Part shown: positions 28,959 to 43,900 of the stretch, one piece after another
Layout of the letters: each line of letters opens with the position of its first letter
Position numbering within the stretch: the stretch's first letter is position 1
DNA from: Caecitellus pseudoparvulus
Lineage: Eukaryota > Protista > Bigyra: Bicosoecida
Reading direction: 5' to 3'
Length of the DNA: 64,000 nucleotides
Assembly: GCA_965644315.1 (NCBI GenBank)
Contig: CBFFRQ010000013.1
Span: forward strand, 496,001-560,000
The notes under the pieces: model-generated
What the model saw: only the letters and a program-made list of their open reading frames with translations
What the model was told of the DNA's origin: nothing
The model's database searches: none
Program-made: the position numbers and the translations under genes

Positions 28959-31900
28959 CTACACGCCACTCCAGCCCTCAGCACTGTGAAGAACTACATC
29001 TGCATCCATAGTGGGACAGTGGTGCACGGCGAGGTGCATCTTTGCCTCCAAGATATCCTTGCTACTGTAGGCTGGCAAGATTAAGGAGAAGAAACATGTC
29101 TGGGCTTTCGGCAGAAAAGCATCAGGGTCCTCCAATGCCGGCCCGCTGGGCTGTGAAATTGTGATGGACATTGGGGTGTAACCCCCTGTTGCGGGTAAGC
29201 TGGAGCGTGCTGCGACAAAGCGCAGGAATGCCACGCGGCCCGGTGCATCCCAAGCACCCAGCACCTCCCAAAGCCATTGAATATGGGGCTCCTTTCCATC
29301 CAGGCCCTCACCGAACGAAGTGATTCTTTGCAACTGGGACACTGTGACGTCAGGCAGCCCGCACACCAGCCGCCTCAGCTCTTGCCCAGACCACAAGGGG
29401 AGCAAATCGTGTGGAACAATGGATGCCAGTCCCTGAGCCAGGGCACTGACTTGAACATGCCGTGCGCCCAGTTCGCCTGCCCTCGCCAGTTGGGTAAAAA
29501 CGTCCCTGTTTGCAGCTGTCACTGGCACTCGCGCGCCACCTTCCACGAGCTCCACCTGAACCCCTCTCTGAACCTCAAGATGGAAAGTTTGCTCGGCCTT
29601 TGGGTTGAGATTCCCCCCTTCTGCTTCAGCTGCAGAAACAGGACTTAAGCAGCGGCTGCCTTCAGCACCTGAGGCCCTTGCCCACCTCTCAGGCCCTGGC
29701 GCCTCGTATGCCAGAGCAGACCACACCGCCTCTTGCAGCGCCAAGGGCACGTGCATGCCACTCCGGATGGCAATGCCAATGACACGGCCGATGAAGACCA
29801 TAGCCTCAACACCTTCCAAGGAAGTTGCCCAAGTTTCACAACTGGGCAGGAGAGCAGGTCCTTTGGGCGGATTAGCCGCCGATTTTGGCGCACTGGGTGC
29901 AAGAGCGGGAAGCAGGCACCCTTTACCGTCAATTTGTGCCTGCAGCTCGTCTGCGATCGTGTCAAAGAGAGCCCTGTAGGGGCCACCGTGGTCATCAACA
30001 CCTTCTCCAACGAACTTGACGAGGAAGGCCCTCGCTTGACCTCCGTGGCCCTTGCCAACGTATGCTTGGCGCAAGGATGCCTCTTGCTTACCTCGTAAGG
30101 CGCGCATCAGTTGCCCACTCACAGATGCTGCAAAGCGCGCGGATGGACCCTTTATGCGGGCAAGCTGCTCTGGCTTTGTTTTCGGGCCGCGGGATATCCG
30201 GACAGTGAAAACGCTTCGCGGCTCTCCATACTCGTCCTCGCTGGGGTGTGTTGGGTGGGTGGTGGCGGACAAAACTGAGGACCACAGACGCAGCTTGCAC
30301 CGCTCAGGGATGACGCACCTAAAGCTGCGTAAAATGGAAGCTAACGATGTGGGCCTCCAGCTTGGAGTGATGGCAGTGCCTGTGCTGGACCTGGAGTGGA
30401 AGTCGATGGCAGCAGGCAGGTTGCCAAAGAATGACACAGGGGGGCAACTGGCAAGAAACCCTGGTTCGCACTCTGGCGACAAGGGAGTAAGCGCTGCAAC
30501 ACGCACAGCCAGGTCACCCAGTTCCATTAGGACAAGGGCACGCGCAAGTGGGTCAAGTGGCCTCGACATAGGACGCGGCTCCAGCCCCGAGCCAACTGTC
30601 GACTCTTGCCAACACGCGTCGACAGCAGAAAGTGGAAGTGCATGGCAATCACAGTTCAAGGACTGGCATGCAGTGTTGATAACTTGAATCAACTGCAAAT
30701 CTTCGCTCAATGGCACTGCCGCTGCGGGCAGCGCAGCACTGGCAAAGGCGCGTGGACTTGCAAGGGCCCCACTCGCAAGCAACCTAGCTGCCCCACTGTC
30801 ACATTCAGAGTCCAACATCGGGGTAGATGTGTCCACGATCACCCTGTGTAATTCCTCGGTAGACAGAAACCATGCCTTGTTGCCTCCACTTGAAGACGCC
30901 GCCTCTTGCGAGGGAAGGGGTTCGGGACGGAACCACACTCGTTGGTGCGCCGTGCCGAGTACTCTACATGCCATCATCTCAGAGCTACCACGGGCATCAG
31001 TGATCCGCGGCAAATAGCACAGGCAACCGACGGTAAGCTCCACGGACACTTCCTCGTGCTGTAGCAGGGCAGCCAGGCGTGCTTGAGACTGGCTAATGGA
31101 AACACACAAGCTGCCTCTCGCCTGAACTGTCACAAAAGTGCCCCGCGCCGCACGGACAGCTTTGGAGTACGCTGCGAGAACCAGGTCAGCCAGTGCATGG
31201 TCAGCGCATGCAGCGCCACCCGCACGCGACCAAAAGTCATGCCCCAAGCCAGGCGACTGACGAAACTCTTGCGTTGCTGGCACTTCAGCTCCAGACCTGG
31301 AACGTTTAGGTCTCTTTCTTCGCTTAGCGGGCACAGTGGCAGGCCAGAAGAGATCTAGTGCACCCCTGTGTAGCTCCTCTTCACCCCAACATTGGAGAAG
31401 AACGGATGCTTTGCCAATGTCGGCAATGGCAGCACCAGTGGAGTGTACGTTGAGCCCAGTGACTCGGACCTGCTCCTGTGGCAAGGCACTGCACAAGAAG
31501 TAGGAAGTGCTGAGAGAAGAGCCTCGTGCGGTCCCCTGCATGCCTCTCGCAGAACCAGCCTTGTCAACCGACGCCCGCGCATGCAACGAGCCTTGCAACC
31601 CCGTTCCGAACATTGCACGGGGAACGGAGAGGGTCTTGGGGGTGAATGTGACTCGATTCGAGTCACTTTGGGAAAAAAGGGCAGGGAAGTATACCCGCGG
31701 GCGCAGGGCAGTGCCATTCAACGGCGTCACTCTTTGGGGCAACGCGCCGAGCTCCGCCAGCGTGTGCTCTCCAAACCGCATTCCATCAAGAAAGAACGCA
31801 AGTGTCCCCGCCTCGACATCGAGGCACAATCCAACAACATCGCCCTGTTGCATGGTCTCGCCGAACGGGACTTTAGAGCCTTGCATGAAGGCTGTGCGCT

Positions 31901-34900
31901 TCGTTGAGAGACCCCAGAAGCTGCGCAAAACATCTGACGTGCTTGTTGGCAGCCCTTCTCCCGAGCTGTCGCCCGAGTCTGCAGCATACACGCCAAGAAG
32001 CAGAGTGCTTGACGGAGAAAGCTGGTCAAGGCACACCTCCCAGTAGTGCACGCCAGATGTAAAGCCCTTGCTCGCAACCAAGAAACCACGCGGCGTCTGA
32101 GGCTGAACCATGGCTGCCATGCCTCCTATCCTCGCCGGGTCAGCAGAGCCCAACCGGCCCCAAGATTCCATTTGATCCGTGGACAGACGTAACGATTGGC
32201 GGATGCGCCTTGAACTACCCGTCGCCTGGTCACATGCATCCACGGAGGTGCGGAGTTCCAACTGCCTCGGCATGCGTGCCTCGAACACTTGCGGGCCGTT
32301 GCCGTCAGGATCAGCAGAAATCAGGCCCACTTGCTCTGCAAGCGGCGCCAAGGTGGTTTTCCATACAGTGCCTGCCCGAAACCACGGGTGGCCAAAGCGC
32401 TGCTCCCAACCACTCTCCGCGCTTCCGCGCAGCAATTCCACTTCCTGCAACACCAACTGCAGCTCAAAATGCTGCGAACACGAGGAAAGGTCTGGCTGGG
32501 AAGCTGGCATTGTAGCCCCATGGGGATCTGTCCTTGCTTCGTCCGATTCGTCGGTGCATGAGCTGGGGGAAGTGCTCAGGGCCCGGCTGGACTCCCGCCG
32601 TGGTCGCTTTGCTTTGCTTCTGGGCTTTTGGGGGGGCGTTCTTGTCTTTCGGCGGGCAGGTGGCGTTGACAGGCCGCCAGGCACAGCAACTCTTACTTGC
32701 TGCCAGTACCCATGCAGCGCGACCACAGCTCCTCCAAGCGACGGTAGTTCCAGTGTTCCTGCAACGCGAACTCTTGAGTAGGGTTGCAGCCAGCGGTTGC
32801 TGACACGCTGCCACTCTTGTTCACCACATGGTAGCCAACCAACGCGGCCCTCCCAACCAGTAGGCGCTGAGTTGGAAAACGGGACCACTGCCAGGCGGAC
32901 CGTTGCGCCCGTGGTTGCGAAGGATGCTGAGTGCTGCGAGGGTGAGTGCCTATGTTCCTGCCTTCGTGAGTGCGAAGCAACACTGCTTGTTAGTCTGGTT
33001 CTGAGAAGAGGCTCGCCCTGTGCAGGCAATCTGACCAGCTCTCCCTGAGTGTCAAGCATTTGTACGTCAAATAGGTTGCCCACACCCCACCTGAACGTAC
33101 CACTGACACCATCCCTCCATTCCACACACACCATGAAGCCGTTCGAGCCATTCGGAGTGACAATAGTGACAGTGCCAATTCGGCCATCTGCATCAGAGAC
33201 ACCAACGTCAGACAAGGCAGGACCTCGCACAACCTTGGCTCCCACAAAAATGCCACAGCCAGCAGTTGAATCTGCATCCTCGGACTTCAGCTCAAGAGAC
33301 CCGCCCCAGTGCACTGTGCCGCAGCAGAGCACGGGGCTAGGCGAGCCTGACGAATCAGTGTGGCTGGCAAGGAACACTGGCGCACAGGCACCAGAAATGC
33401 CTGGTCGCAGCAGTGACCCAGCTCCGCTAGCAATGACCCGCCACGGGGCATCTGCAAGTTCTTGGAGTCGAGAAACCACCCCACCATTGCTGGCATCTGC
33501 AGCTGCAGCACCAGGAGCCAGCCAGATCAGCTGCGTGGTGCTTGGCTCGAACCCGCGTGGTTCAGGAAAGTTTGCCGCAGCAAAGCTGCGCCCCGGAAGC
33601 CCGTCATCCAACTCCGGAAAGTGCAGAGACAGTCGCACTCTCTCCATTGCTGAGTCTTGTAGGTCTTGACCAGCCTTAATTGCTCCATCTTGTGCTGGAT
33701 GTGACAAGTCCACCTGCAGCCCACCACTTCCGGTCACAGGCTCGCGCTCTTCCTCTTTAGAATCGAATTGGGCGCTGCCACAGACTGGTTCATGGGCTTC
33801 TTGAAAGCCGATCAGTGCTGCAGCAAGGGCTGCCCGAACAACATCCTCTTCGGACACTGGCGAGTGTGAGGCGAGCCTGCTCTCCAAGCACGTCGTGGCT
33901 GCGAACAAATTGACCAAGCTGCCCAACGGCCTTGAATGGATGGGGCTGGAAGGAAGCTCCTCTTCCAGCCTGCTTTCAAGCACAAGTCGGAGCTCTTCGA
34001 GCGGGAGCATGTCCATGTGAGCCTTGGCACAGGCAGCTTGGGCGGATACGTGACGCTGTAATGCTGCGGCGGCAGCGATCGCAGAAGCTCCTTCGCTGCG
34101 CTTGATTTCACGATGCAGACGTTCGCCAAACCTCAGTACCCTGGCTTGCTCCCAAAGGAGAGCTGCCATCACTCCACATGCTAGGGCAAGTAGTGACTCA
34201 GAGCCGCTGTGCAATGCAGGTCTCCAAGCACCGAAGATGCGCAAGCTCAGTCCAGCGTCAATGCCGACGAGACTTGCTGCCAGAGTGCTCGACAGAGGGG
34301 ACCCTGCCTCAGTCTGTGCGGCATTTTGTGAAGTACAGGCACTCTCAACAGCGGTTAGCACAAGGCCATCACGCTTGGCAAGAGCAGCTTGAATGCTTTC
34401 CAGCGCTTCCCCTGCCGTAGCTGCAGTGTCGATGCACCCGTGGAGGAGGGTTTTGCAATCGCAGACCCTCTTCGGGGGGATTCGCCCTGCTTGACACACT
34501 TCGCCGATGAAGCAGCCAACCAAAACCACGGACAACCACTCCGCGAGAAAAGGGTTGGGGGCATCCAGCACCACTTCATCGCTCCACCTAGGCTGCTTCA
34601 GAGCTTGGAGCAGTGTCTCTGGGGGCTGTGTTCTGTCAATGCCGAGTGCGGACCAGGAAACGCATGGGTGTTGACAGCTTCGAGTCACTTGGGTCTCAAT
34701 CTCTTTCAAGAAGGACTCGCATGCGGGCCACGGCGCCGTGGCCAAGGTTATGGAGCGCCCAAGTTGTGGTTGAATCAGAACCAGTGGCTGAAGACCAGCA
34801 GGAAGCATGGATAAGGCGCTGCCTGTTCCGCCGACAAAGCCTGCCTGGGCGCACGAAAGAGCTCCCATTGCACCTGCTGAGTCGCCCATGGAGTTGATGG

Positions 34901-37900
34901 GACCAGAGCTGAGCAAGACGTGTGTCGGGGGCGTTCGATATTGAGAGGGTGCACACACTGAGACTTGGCGCCAAATTGCAGCATTCCTCACCGTGTCTGC
35001 CAGCGACAGCAAGAACCTCCGATTGAGGGTGTTCCCCATCTGAAAGGCCAGCAGTCGAAGCATCTTCAGGCCATCTTCAGTAGTCAACACACTCCCTATT
35101 CCTGCACTTGCAGAGGGAGCGGGTGCTTGAGTCGCGAGGACGACAGCAAGGAACCTTCTAGCAAGGAGCGTGCAGGCTGTCACGGATAAAGTTGAGTGCT
35201 CTTCGACGAGCTCTCTAGAGCGGGCCCTGAAAAGCCCTCCCACCCCCAAACCCTGTGCTGCCTGACCAGGTAAAGGCAAGGGATCGCGTCCCCCATCATG
35301 CGTGGAACCCGCTAGCAGCGAACCTGCTCGGGTAGCACGGGAGCCATTCTGGCCGAGAGCACGGCCAAAGTGGCGCGAAATCCTCGCTGAGGTAGCGGCA
35401 AAGACGGACCCCCCAGAAGTGAGCAGAGCTGGGCCCCTCAGCGGGCGCCGATGACGCACTGCTTCAGATGTGACATCAAGGCAGCACCCCATCGGCGCTG
35501 CAGTATCAGCAAGCAAAGAAACTGACTGAAACAAAGGAGGTCTCCCAAAGGCTCCAACTAGACTGTGCTCTTGCTGCAGCCCAGGGAAGGGCACGCAGTC
35601 CGATGTGAGCAGAGGGGTTGCTACTGCACAAAACCCTGGAGGGGGGCCACAAAGGAAAGGTCGATCAGGCTCTCCGAGTCTCAGCTGAACGGCTGCTCCA
35701 CCTTGCAAGGAGAGTGCAGGGAACAGGGTGGCGCCCACGTCGATACCCGCAAAACCGAGGCCCATCGGATGCGCGTAAGAGCCATTGAAACCCCAATGCA
35801 TCAAACCCCGATCAACATCCACCGCACAGCAGACGACATCTCCAACAGACCATTTTAAACCCCAAGGCTGTCTGCCTTCATGCCAGATGCACTGGCGCAC
35901 TCCATCCCAAGCCCACGAAAACAGGTCATCCCCCACCCCCATGCCTCCCATGGGGCTTCCAGAAAACATGGGAGTGGCCCACCCAATCTGTGTAATGCCT
36001 TTCTCCACGATGACCGCCTCATAGTACCACCTGCCAGTCGAGGCCGCAAGCGCAGGCAGTGTGAAGCTTGCAAATGGGTCACTAATTCCAGAAGAGCGAA
36101 GGCGCAAAGTCAAAGTGGGTTCCACCGAGCCAAGTGAGCATAAACACTGCACACAGCTACGGAGAGACGAATCCACGGGCTGAGAGCTGACCGGCTCGTT
36201 TGGTTGCTGCCCTGGCGTGTAAGCTAAAGCCACAGAAGGCAATTCCATGACCCCAGCTGACTCGAGGACACCGGCAGCAGCAGAAGAGGGTGCATCGTGC
36301 TGATCCACGCCCAACTGAGTGGACTCAGGGGAATCGGTCGGCGAAGTGGGGGCTGCGCGTGGCAGTGTCGCACCATTTGCGAGGGCCCATGACACAGCAT
36401 CTTCTGCAGAGGTTGCCCCAGAGGAGCGCACTGCGCGCTCAGCCCACGAGGGCGGGAAGCCCATCTCTGACAAAGCCTGTCGCACGGCACTGACGAGAAC
36501 ATGCCTGCTGGACGTAGATCCAGACTCCTCCAATCGCCCATCTCGGGCATTGTTGGCAGCCCGCACTTGGAGATCCATTGTGTCCATGTTCTCCAAGATG
36601 TACGTGACCGCGGCACTGACACGTCCTCCTTGGCGAAGAAGTGCAAACTCGCACCATTGGCGCTTGAAACCCATGCCCTCCAGGGTGGCAATGGCTTCAG
36701 CAGAGACTTGGCCGCGCTGTGCCTCCCGACGCTCGCGCACAAGACGTTCAAGCCTAGATCGTTGCTCCAAGAGCCCTTGCAAATGCCTGTCGTGTTCCAC
36801 CGACTGCATGGCGCCCACTATTGACGAACGAATCGTAGACCGCAAAAGCTGACCCAGTGACCCACGGGACGCGATATGTTCAGGAGCCTCTGACGATGAG
36901 CGGCCTTCGCGAAAATCAGAATCCGCATCATCGGAATCAGATTCGCCGATCTCCGGAGTCAAGCCCCCGGCAAATCCCATTGTGTGGCTTGGAGATGATT
37001 CGCTTGACGGGGTCGAATCATGACCTGCTGAGCTGGGTGGCGAGCCAGGCTGAGCTTCCAACACAAGCCTCGACGGACTGCCGGTCCCATCCACAGCTTT
37101 GCCTGCTGATGAGGCGTGAGGGAAAGAAATGCCAGTGTGAGATGTCTGTCTTCTTGATGACAGAAGGATCCACCGGCGAAGAGCGGTGCGCAACCCGACG
37201 TTCGGCTCGACACCAGCTCCAGGTGAACCCGGCCCGCCGAAACGGGTGAGCCCTTCCGCGCTGAGCACAGCACTCAACGGACGTGCTTGAGCTACTTCCT
37301 CAGAAGCTGAAAAGGGACCAACATGTCTTCTGTGGCTGGTTGGTGGCAAAGGGGGAAGATCTGCCTCGGCGCCCACATCTGCTGCTTGCCCCCGCCTCTC
37401 TACGCTGCCTCCACCTTGCAGAAACTCGCACAGGATACCAGAAGCAGGCCTCGCGTTTTCTTCAAAGGAAAGCTTTGAAAGCAGGCACCTTGCATCCATG
37501 AGAGTGCTGTCGAGGTCAGGAAGGGTCTCGTCGCCATGCCCCGGTGCAGCTCTCACCGCAACCGTAGTCAGCGAATGCAGCAATGCGACAAACTCAGTCG
37601 AGGATGCACGCTGTACAGCATCAAGGTGCGCTGGGTGTGTGAGTAGCGAAACAAGGACCTTCAACGTAGCGTGAGCCAAAAAGCACTGCTCTGCATGAGC
37701 ATATTGGTGCGGAACAACGCCGGTGCTCTTGGAAGGCCTGCACTCCTGAAGAGGGCCACGTTGCGAGTGTGCACCTGTGGTGACATTTGGGCTCTCTCTT
37801 GAAACTGCCCTCCCTGACACGTCTTCTGCACCCCTTGGCTCTTGATCTTCCGAACTTGACACAGAACCACTCAGGCCACTTGAAGGGCTTGCCTCCTCGC

Positions 37901-40900
37901 TGGTCTTTCGAGCACGAATGCTGGGCAGTAGCAAAGGTAGCAACGAGAGCACCAATGATTGGACCAGCTCAGTAGGAACGTCACATGGTCGACATGCAGT
38001 TTCGCATACTGCCTGCAACACATGGCTTGGAACCTTGGTGGTGTAGAACGCGTGGCCAGGGACTGGCGCTGCCGTTGTAACAAGTCGGGCCGTCCCGCCC
38101 CCCTCCCGGTGATGCTCCACCCTGAGCACCCGTCCGAGCCCCAGGCAAGGAGGGGGTATGTCCAACGATTCGTCTACGCCAACACCCCCACCCCAGCACT
38201 GTTGTCCCCAAACTTGGTCGTGCCTACCGCAGGGGGGGAAGTGGTCGGCGAGGCCCTCTGCTGCGAACAACCTTTGGTCCCTTGCCGATATGACGAAAGA
38301 TGACTGTGTGGGTTCCAGCGAAAGTCGGGCGGCTGAACACAAAGCTGCGATACAAACTGCGCTGGGTTGAACCGCTGCGAGTGGCCGCAGCTCACCACCC
38401 ACAGGTTGCCGTGCACTGGAAACCGGTGCGTGCACCCAATGCAATGCACTCGCTTGGAGCCTTGCCCATGATGATGTGCCAAGTGAATCATCAGTGCTGC
38501 TCGAGCCTCTACCCGGCAGCAGCATGCCGCCTTCAGTTAGGCCCGAAATGTGCACGCAGGCGCTCAAACACACCAGCGCCTTTCTGTACCCCACACTGCT
38601 TGAAGCAGGGGCCCGAGAAGGGAAATCTGGCCACAGATCAAAATGCTTGTACTGGGCTCTAAGAACAGGATGGGCCAAGAGGCCGCAAAGTAGCAGGCCG
38701 CCACGCACAATGGAGGGCCAAGAAGCAAGCTGCAGTGACCGCTCGGGTCCACTACTGGCTGAAGAAGACACTGAGCCTCCAGTCTCGATGCAACGGACAA
38801 GCGCTTGCTGGGCTGCTAGAAGTCTCGCGGTTGGCGACAATGTTATCAAGGGTCGCTTCCTGTGAAGGGTTGCATCGGCCTCCGAGGTAGGTTGCTCCTG
38901 GCTTGAGGCCCTGTGCACATCTGCCCACAATGGTTCACTGTCAAACGTCAGGTGGTCTTCGGCAGAGTCAAATGACAGTAAACTCGTGGGCTCCTCTTCA
39001 GAATACTCCCATCTAGAGGCTGACTTGAGCTGGACAAGTGCTCCTGGTCGAATGGCAGCTTGAAAGCTGCCCAGCACATCCAACGCAGCTTGCCCCCTTG
39101 CATGCACTAGCGCACGTGTGTGGGCGGCAGCACGAGTGCTTTGGCACACCAGCGAAGACAGGCTCTCCAACAGGCTCTGTGGCAAGGTCTGCGCATCGCT
39201 GGACCTCTGTTCTTGCTCTTGCACCTGTGCTGCCGGGGAGGAGGTGCCTCCAGGGTCCAGGTAGCTTGCTGGAGGTGCTGGAGGGGAGTCCTTCTGAACG
39301 CTTGTTTGCAGGTTGTGAATCGAGACGCTCAGAACAGCTACAACTGCTGGGCGCCAATCTGGGAGGGACATGAGCTGTCTGAGTGTCGCAACTGCGACGG
39401 CAACACATGGAGCAGGCGGCTGTGCCAGGTCGGCTTCCCACCCCTTGCAAGCAGCTCCGTCATGACTGATGTTGATCGCCTGAGGCAGCTTCGCCGACGA
39501 TGATGCTTTCAGGTCTGTCGCAACTTGTGATATCACCTGCCACAGAGGGTGCTCAGAGGCCTGTTGAAGTTCACACGAAAGACGCCCATGACTGGTGACT
39601 GGCTTCTGAGCCTTGTGAGAAGCTGTCAGGAATGCAGGTTCCTCCAGCAGGCAGCAAGGCGTCATTTGCATCGCAACAATGTCAAGCAGGTGGAGCACGA
39701 CGGCCACACCAGGGGGGGTTGACGAACTGCGCTCCTCTTCAAAGCTTTGGGCCTCCGGGACAGCCGAGCAAGAAGCACCGCCCTGCAGGTCGATGCCGTA
39801 AGGCTCGCATGCACTATGAAGAGCCTGGAGCGCACTTTGTCCTGCTGATGCCACGCGCGAGGTCACAGAAAGCACGTCCACGAAACCATTGGCACCCTTG
39901 ACGGCATGGTCTGCAGTATTGACACATGGGCGGTGGGAGGTCAAGGCACCTTGAAACACTCGCAATGCTTTCACTCGCGTACGGGGTGGGGCGTTGTCGC
40001 TTGATGTAGCTTCAAGAAGGACAGCCGTCCACCCAGGCTCGAGAAAAACATGAGGTGCCAAGCGCGACCTGGAGCTGAAGCTGAGCAGGGACAGCAGCCT
40101 ATAGAGACTGGTTTCAGCTCGAGTGCCAGCAACACCGAGCATTGCATGTCGCGTGACCGTTGAAAGAGAAACTTCGATTGACTTTGGGGAAGCATTTTGG
40201 AGAAAATTTGATGCCGTGAATCGTCCAGCGAGCGCCAGGCCGGCAGCGGCTGCCGATCGTTCCGCAGTACGGATGCCAAATGCCAACGAGTTCAGTCGCA
40301 TTTCAATGTCTGCCTTTTCTTCAGAAGCGCAAGCTTTGTTTCGGTCGGCACGGTCAGCGTACACTTGGGCAGCTCCCTTTCGCAGAGGGCCGAGCAACGC
40401 GGCACAGAGCAGTTTCACTGGCTCTAATGCTCCCCTAACACAAGGAGCCATGGAGCAGGCCCTGGCGCCGCTGTCAGCCACAAAAGGCGCGTCTGCACCG
40501 CTGCACTGGTGAATGGTGGGCATGCGTGACTCGTCGTTCTCGCCACGTGCGAACAGGTGCAGGAAGACAGCAGACATGCTGTCAATTGCTGAGGCGCGGA
40601 GCCAATCAAACGACTGGCTCGCAGTGGATGCCAAGAAGCTTGTCGCGCTGCACTGGTCTACGCCAGCACAACGTTCATCCAACCTGCAGGGCTCTGATAT
40701 GGCTGCTGTGTCCCACAAGTCGTCAACGATCCCAGCCCAGTACAGCGCTTCATCTGCGTGGCTGTCCAAGGAAGCTTGCACACCCAAGGAGAAGCACACA
40801 GCAGTGACAAGGACATGCATCATTCCCTGACAGACCCAGGACTCCCATTCTGGAAGAGGTCCCACGCCTGCCAGGTCAGGCTTTGTAGGATCACATGATG

Positions 40901-43900
40901 CCGATGATGGGGCAACTCTGCTTGCCAGGGTGTGCACTTGGATGCCTCGCCCAGCTATGTGTACAGCAGCAAGCATCGCAGTAGTAGCCGATGGATGGCA
41001 CCAGATACTGTGTGATGGTTGATTCGGGTCAAAGGTTCGATGCTGCCTTGGCACTGGAGCACTCAGGCGCCTCATGCAGCCAGCAAGCGAAGCCTGTAGC
41101 TGAGCAAGACTGGCTTGCAACTTGGGGAACCCAGAAGCCCCTCCAACAAACACTCGACAGGCTGACGGAACGAACTGCTGGGCTGAGTATGGGGAAAGGT
41201 CCTGCTGCTGAGCCACACTCTCGGCATCTAGGGCACTGGCGGTGATGCGCAAAACCTGCTCACAATCGTGGAGCCAGCCTGCGTCGCACTCGAGCGCATT
41301 GCTGCAGTGTGACATACATCGGTGAAGATCCAGCGCTGTATGTGGCAAGAAGCGCACCATTACAGCCTGGGATGCCAGTTCTCTCAAGAGCAAAGGTACT
41401 GGTTCACACCCAAGGTGCAACAAATAGGCAGCAAGCGGAGGCAGCAACTGGCCATCCCAAAACTCTTGCAGGGGAGCAGGAGGCTGCAATGTGGGGTTCT
41501 TCAGACAAGCTGTCAACATTTCCTTGGCGTCGGAGCAGACACTGCTGCGACTTGGGAGGGATCGCGAGGCACTCCTGATGAGCAGGGAAATCCGAGCCCG
41601 CATGCACACAACCTCGTAGCTGCAGCAGACGGCCTGCTCGCTGGAGGCTGCCTGGCTGGTCAACTTGGAAATGGCGCTGGCTCTAGCTTGAGCCACTGTC
41701 TGCAGAGCGAAGCGCCAAATCTTCACCAACGACACGTTTTGTGCAAGAGCTGCAGGAGCAGTGGCGGCAGCCAATGCTTCATCAAGTACCTCAGCCAAAC
41801 CGGTGTGGTGTAAGAAGGCCGCCACTGCATGCTTGCGGGCACGAACTGCCGCAGGGCGCGAAAGGCGTCGCAACGCTGCTTTGCCTATGTGCCCAGCAGC
41901 AGCAAGCTGCGTCAAGTGGCGATCGAGTTCCCCTAGCCAGTCAATCGCCCCCGGTCGCCTAGGCTCGATGACAGATGCCAGCAGCAGCGCGGCACTTGTA
42001 GGACCGCAAGGATCCGGCACAGGCATGTCTGCAGCAAAGGCGTGGCCGAGCACTTGAGTGCAAAGTGGCCTGGACACTTCATGAATCAGGCCGCCAACAA
42101 ACGGTACCTGCTTGAGGAGTTCAAGCGCCACTCGGTGGGAATATTCAAAGGTTGATGCAGGCCACAGTCCTGTGCCGAGGCTTCGAAGAGACTGCCCCTC
42201 GGTGGCTTTGCTCTCTGCGACTTCCGTTGAGGCAAGCGAACTGCCCCATTCGTTGCGATCTTCAGCAGCACCTGGGATTTTTGACGCCATCCTCGTAGAA
42301 CCAGCAAGGCAGAACGCTGGCACTGCATCCAAAGGAGGGACAAGGAGCGCCATGGCGGCCGCTGGGATGGCACCTACCAGTGCTTGTGCGGTGCTGCAGT
42401 GCTGAACCATGCTGGCATGGGTCAGGGGTGGATCGGTGGCACGTCCAGGCAGGCACAGCAGCTCTGCCGCCATCTGGGTGCCTGGCAGGCATTCACGAAG
42501 GATGTCGTCTGTTGAACTGAAGTCCTCCTCGCCAAGAACAAGCTGCTTCAATATAAAAGCACTTGCTCGAACACTTCGAGCAGCCCGGCTAGCTTGCACA
42601 TCCCTGACCGGATCGTTTGCTGGTGTGGCTCGCGGAGAGGCTGCCCCTGTTTCCGTCGACTCAAGCCGATCCTCGCAAAGCTTCCGAAGGTGCGGGAGCA
42701 GTGCCGAACAAAGCAGGGGTTGCCCAGCATGGACTCGACTCAAGAGCTCTGATTCGCGTAGCAAGCAGTGAGCAGCCAAGGAAATGACCTTTCTCGTGGT
42801 GCTCTCCAGCTGGCGCAAGGTCTGTCGGTGGGCGGCAGATTTAGACGACCCTCTGAGCTCAGCTTCAACGCCAAGGGAGCGCACCCACGTGAGACTTGCT
42901 GAATGACCGGGGGCAAGGTGGTCCATGTCGCTGGATGCCTTGAACACCTTCCCGATTCCACCTTGCATGTGTGTGTTCAGGGTGATATGAATGGACATCA
43001 CGGAACCAGGCTCAGAGCGTTGAAATGGGTGACCCGCACCCGAGGAGAGACGACTTGAGCTCCCACCCTCTTCAGTTTGCGGCCAAAGCACAAGCAGCTC
43101 AAGGTTCTGGCCAATAAGAGTGCCCTCTACCAGCCCAACTTGAGAACTTGGTGAACTTGGAGCCTGGTGGAGCAAGTCACTAGCGTTCGCACTCGCAGCG
43201 CCGACCACCGCACCGCACGGTGAACGGCGCATAGCAAAGTACACCAGCTGCCCACACCCCTTCGTGCTTGAAAAATACAGTGCCCACATATCCGAGGACA
43301 TCTTGGGCGCAGTCGTGGAGGACAGGCTCAAAGTCTCCATTGCTGCAAGGTACGTGCGAGAGCTCTGGGACACACTAAGCAAAGTAGCCAAGCACAGACC
43401 GCGCCCAATTCGACCATCCAGGCAAGTCAGAGCACGTGACGATATCCTATTGACGAAGATGCTGCTAGTGGTGCCAGATTTCATGATGGAGGACGCAGCT
43501 TGTAGCACACGGCAGCAGAGACGGGCGACTGCCTCTGCGAGTGAGCTGCCGCGGCCACCAGCCAAACTCACAGCTGCTGCAGCTTCAGAGTCAGCTGCTG
43601 CCGCAGCCACCAAGGAAGCTTGCACAATGTGAGGCAGTGAAGTTCCCTCTGAGGGGAGGTCTGTCTGGGCTTCCTGCTCTGGTAAGGCTGCTCCGTGCCC
43701 GGAGTCTCCTGCGGCAGCTTGATCAACGGCCGCTTGATGTCTGTGCGGCGAGGGCTGAACTGAACGCTGGTCGCTGGAGAGGCGTGCGGTAGGGGACAGG
43801 CCGATCTGGGTGCTGTGGTTTTCAATCGCTTGCACATGGTGCACGGGTGCCTCGAGGGCACGTCGAAGTGAGTCGGAGGCGTGTGTATCACTCAGGCGAT

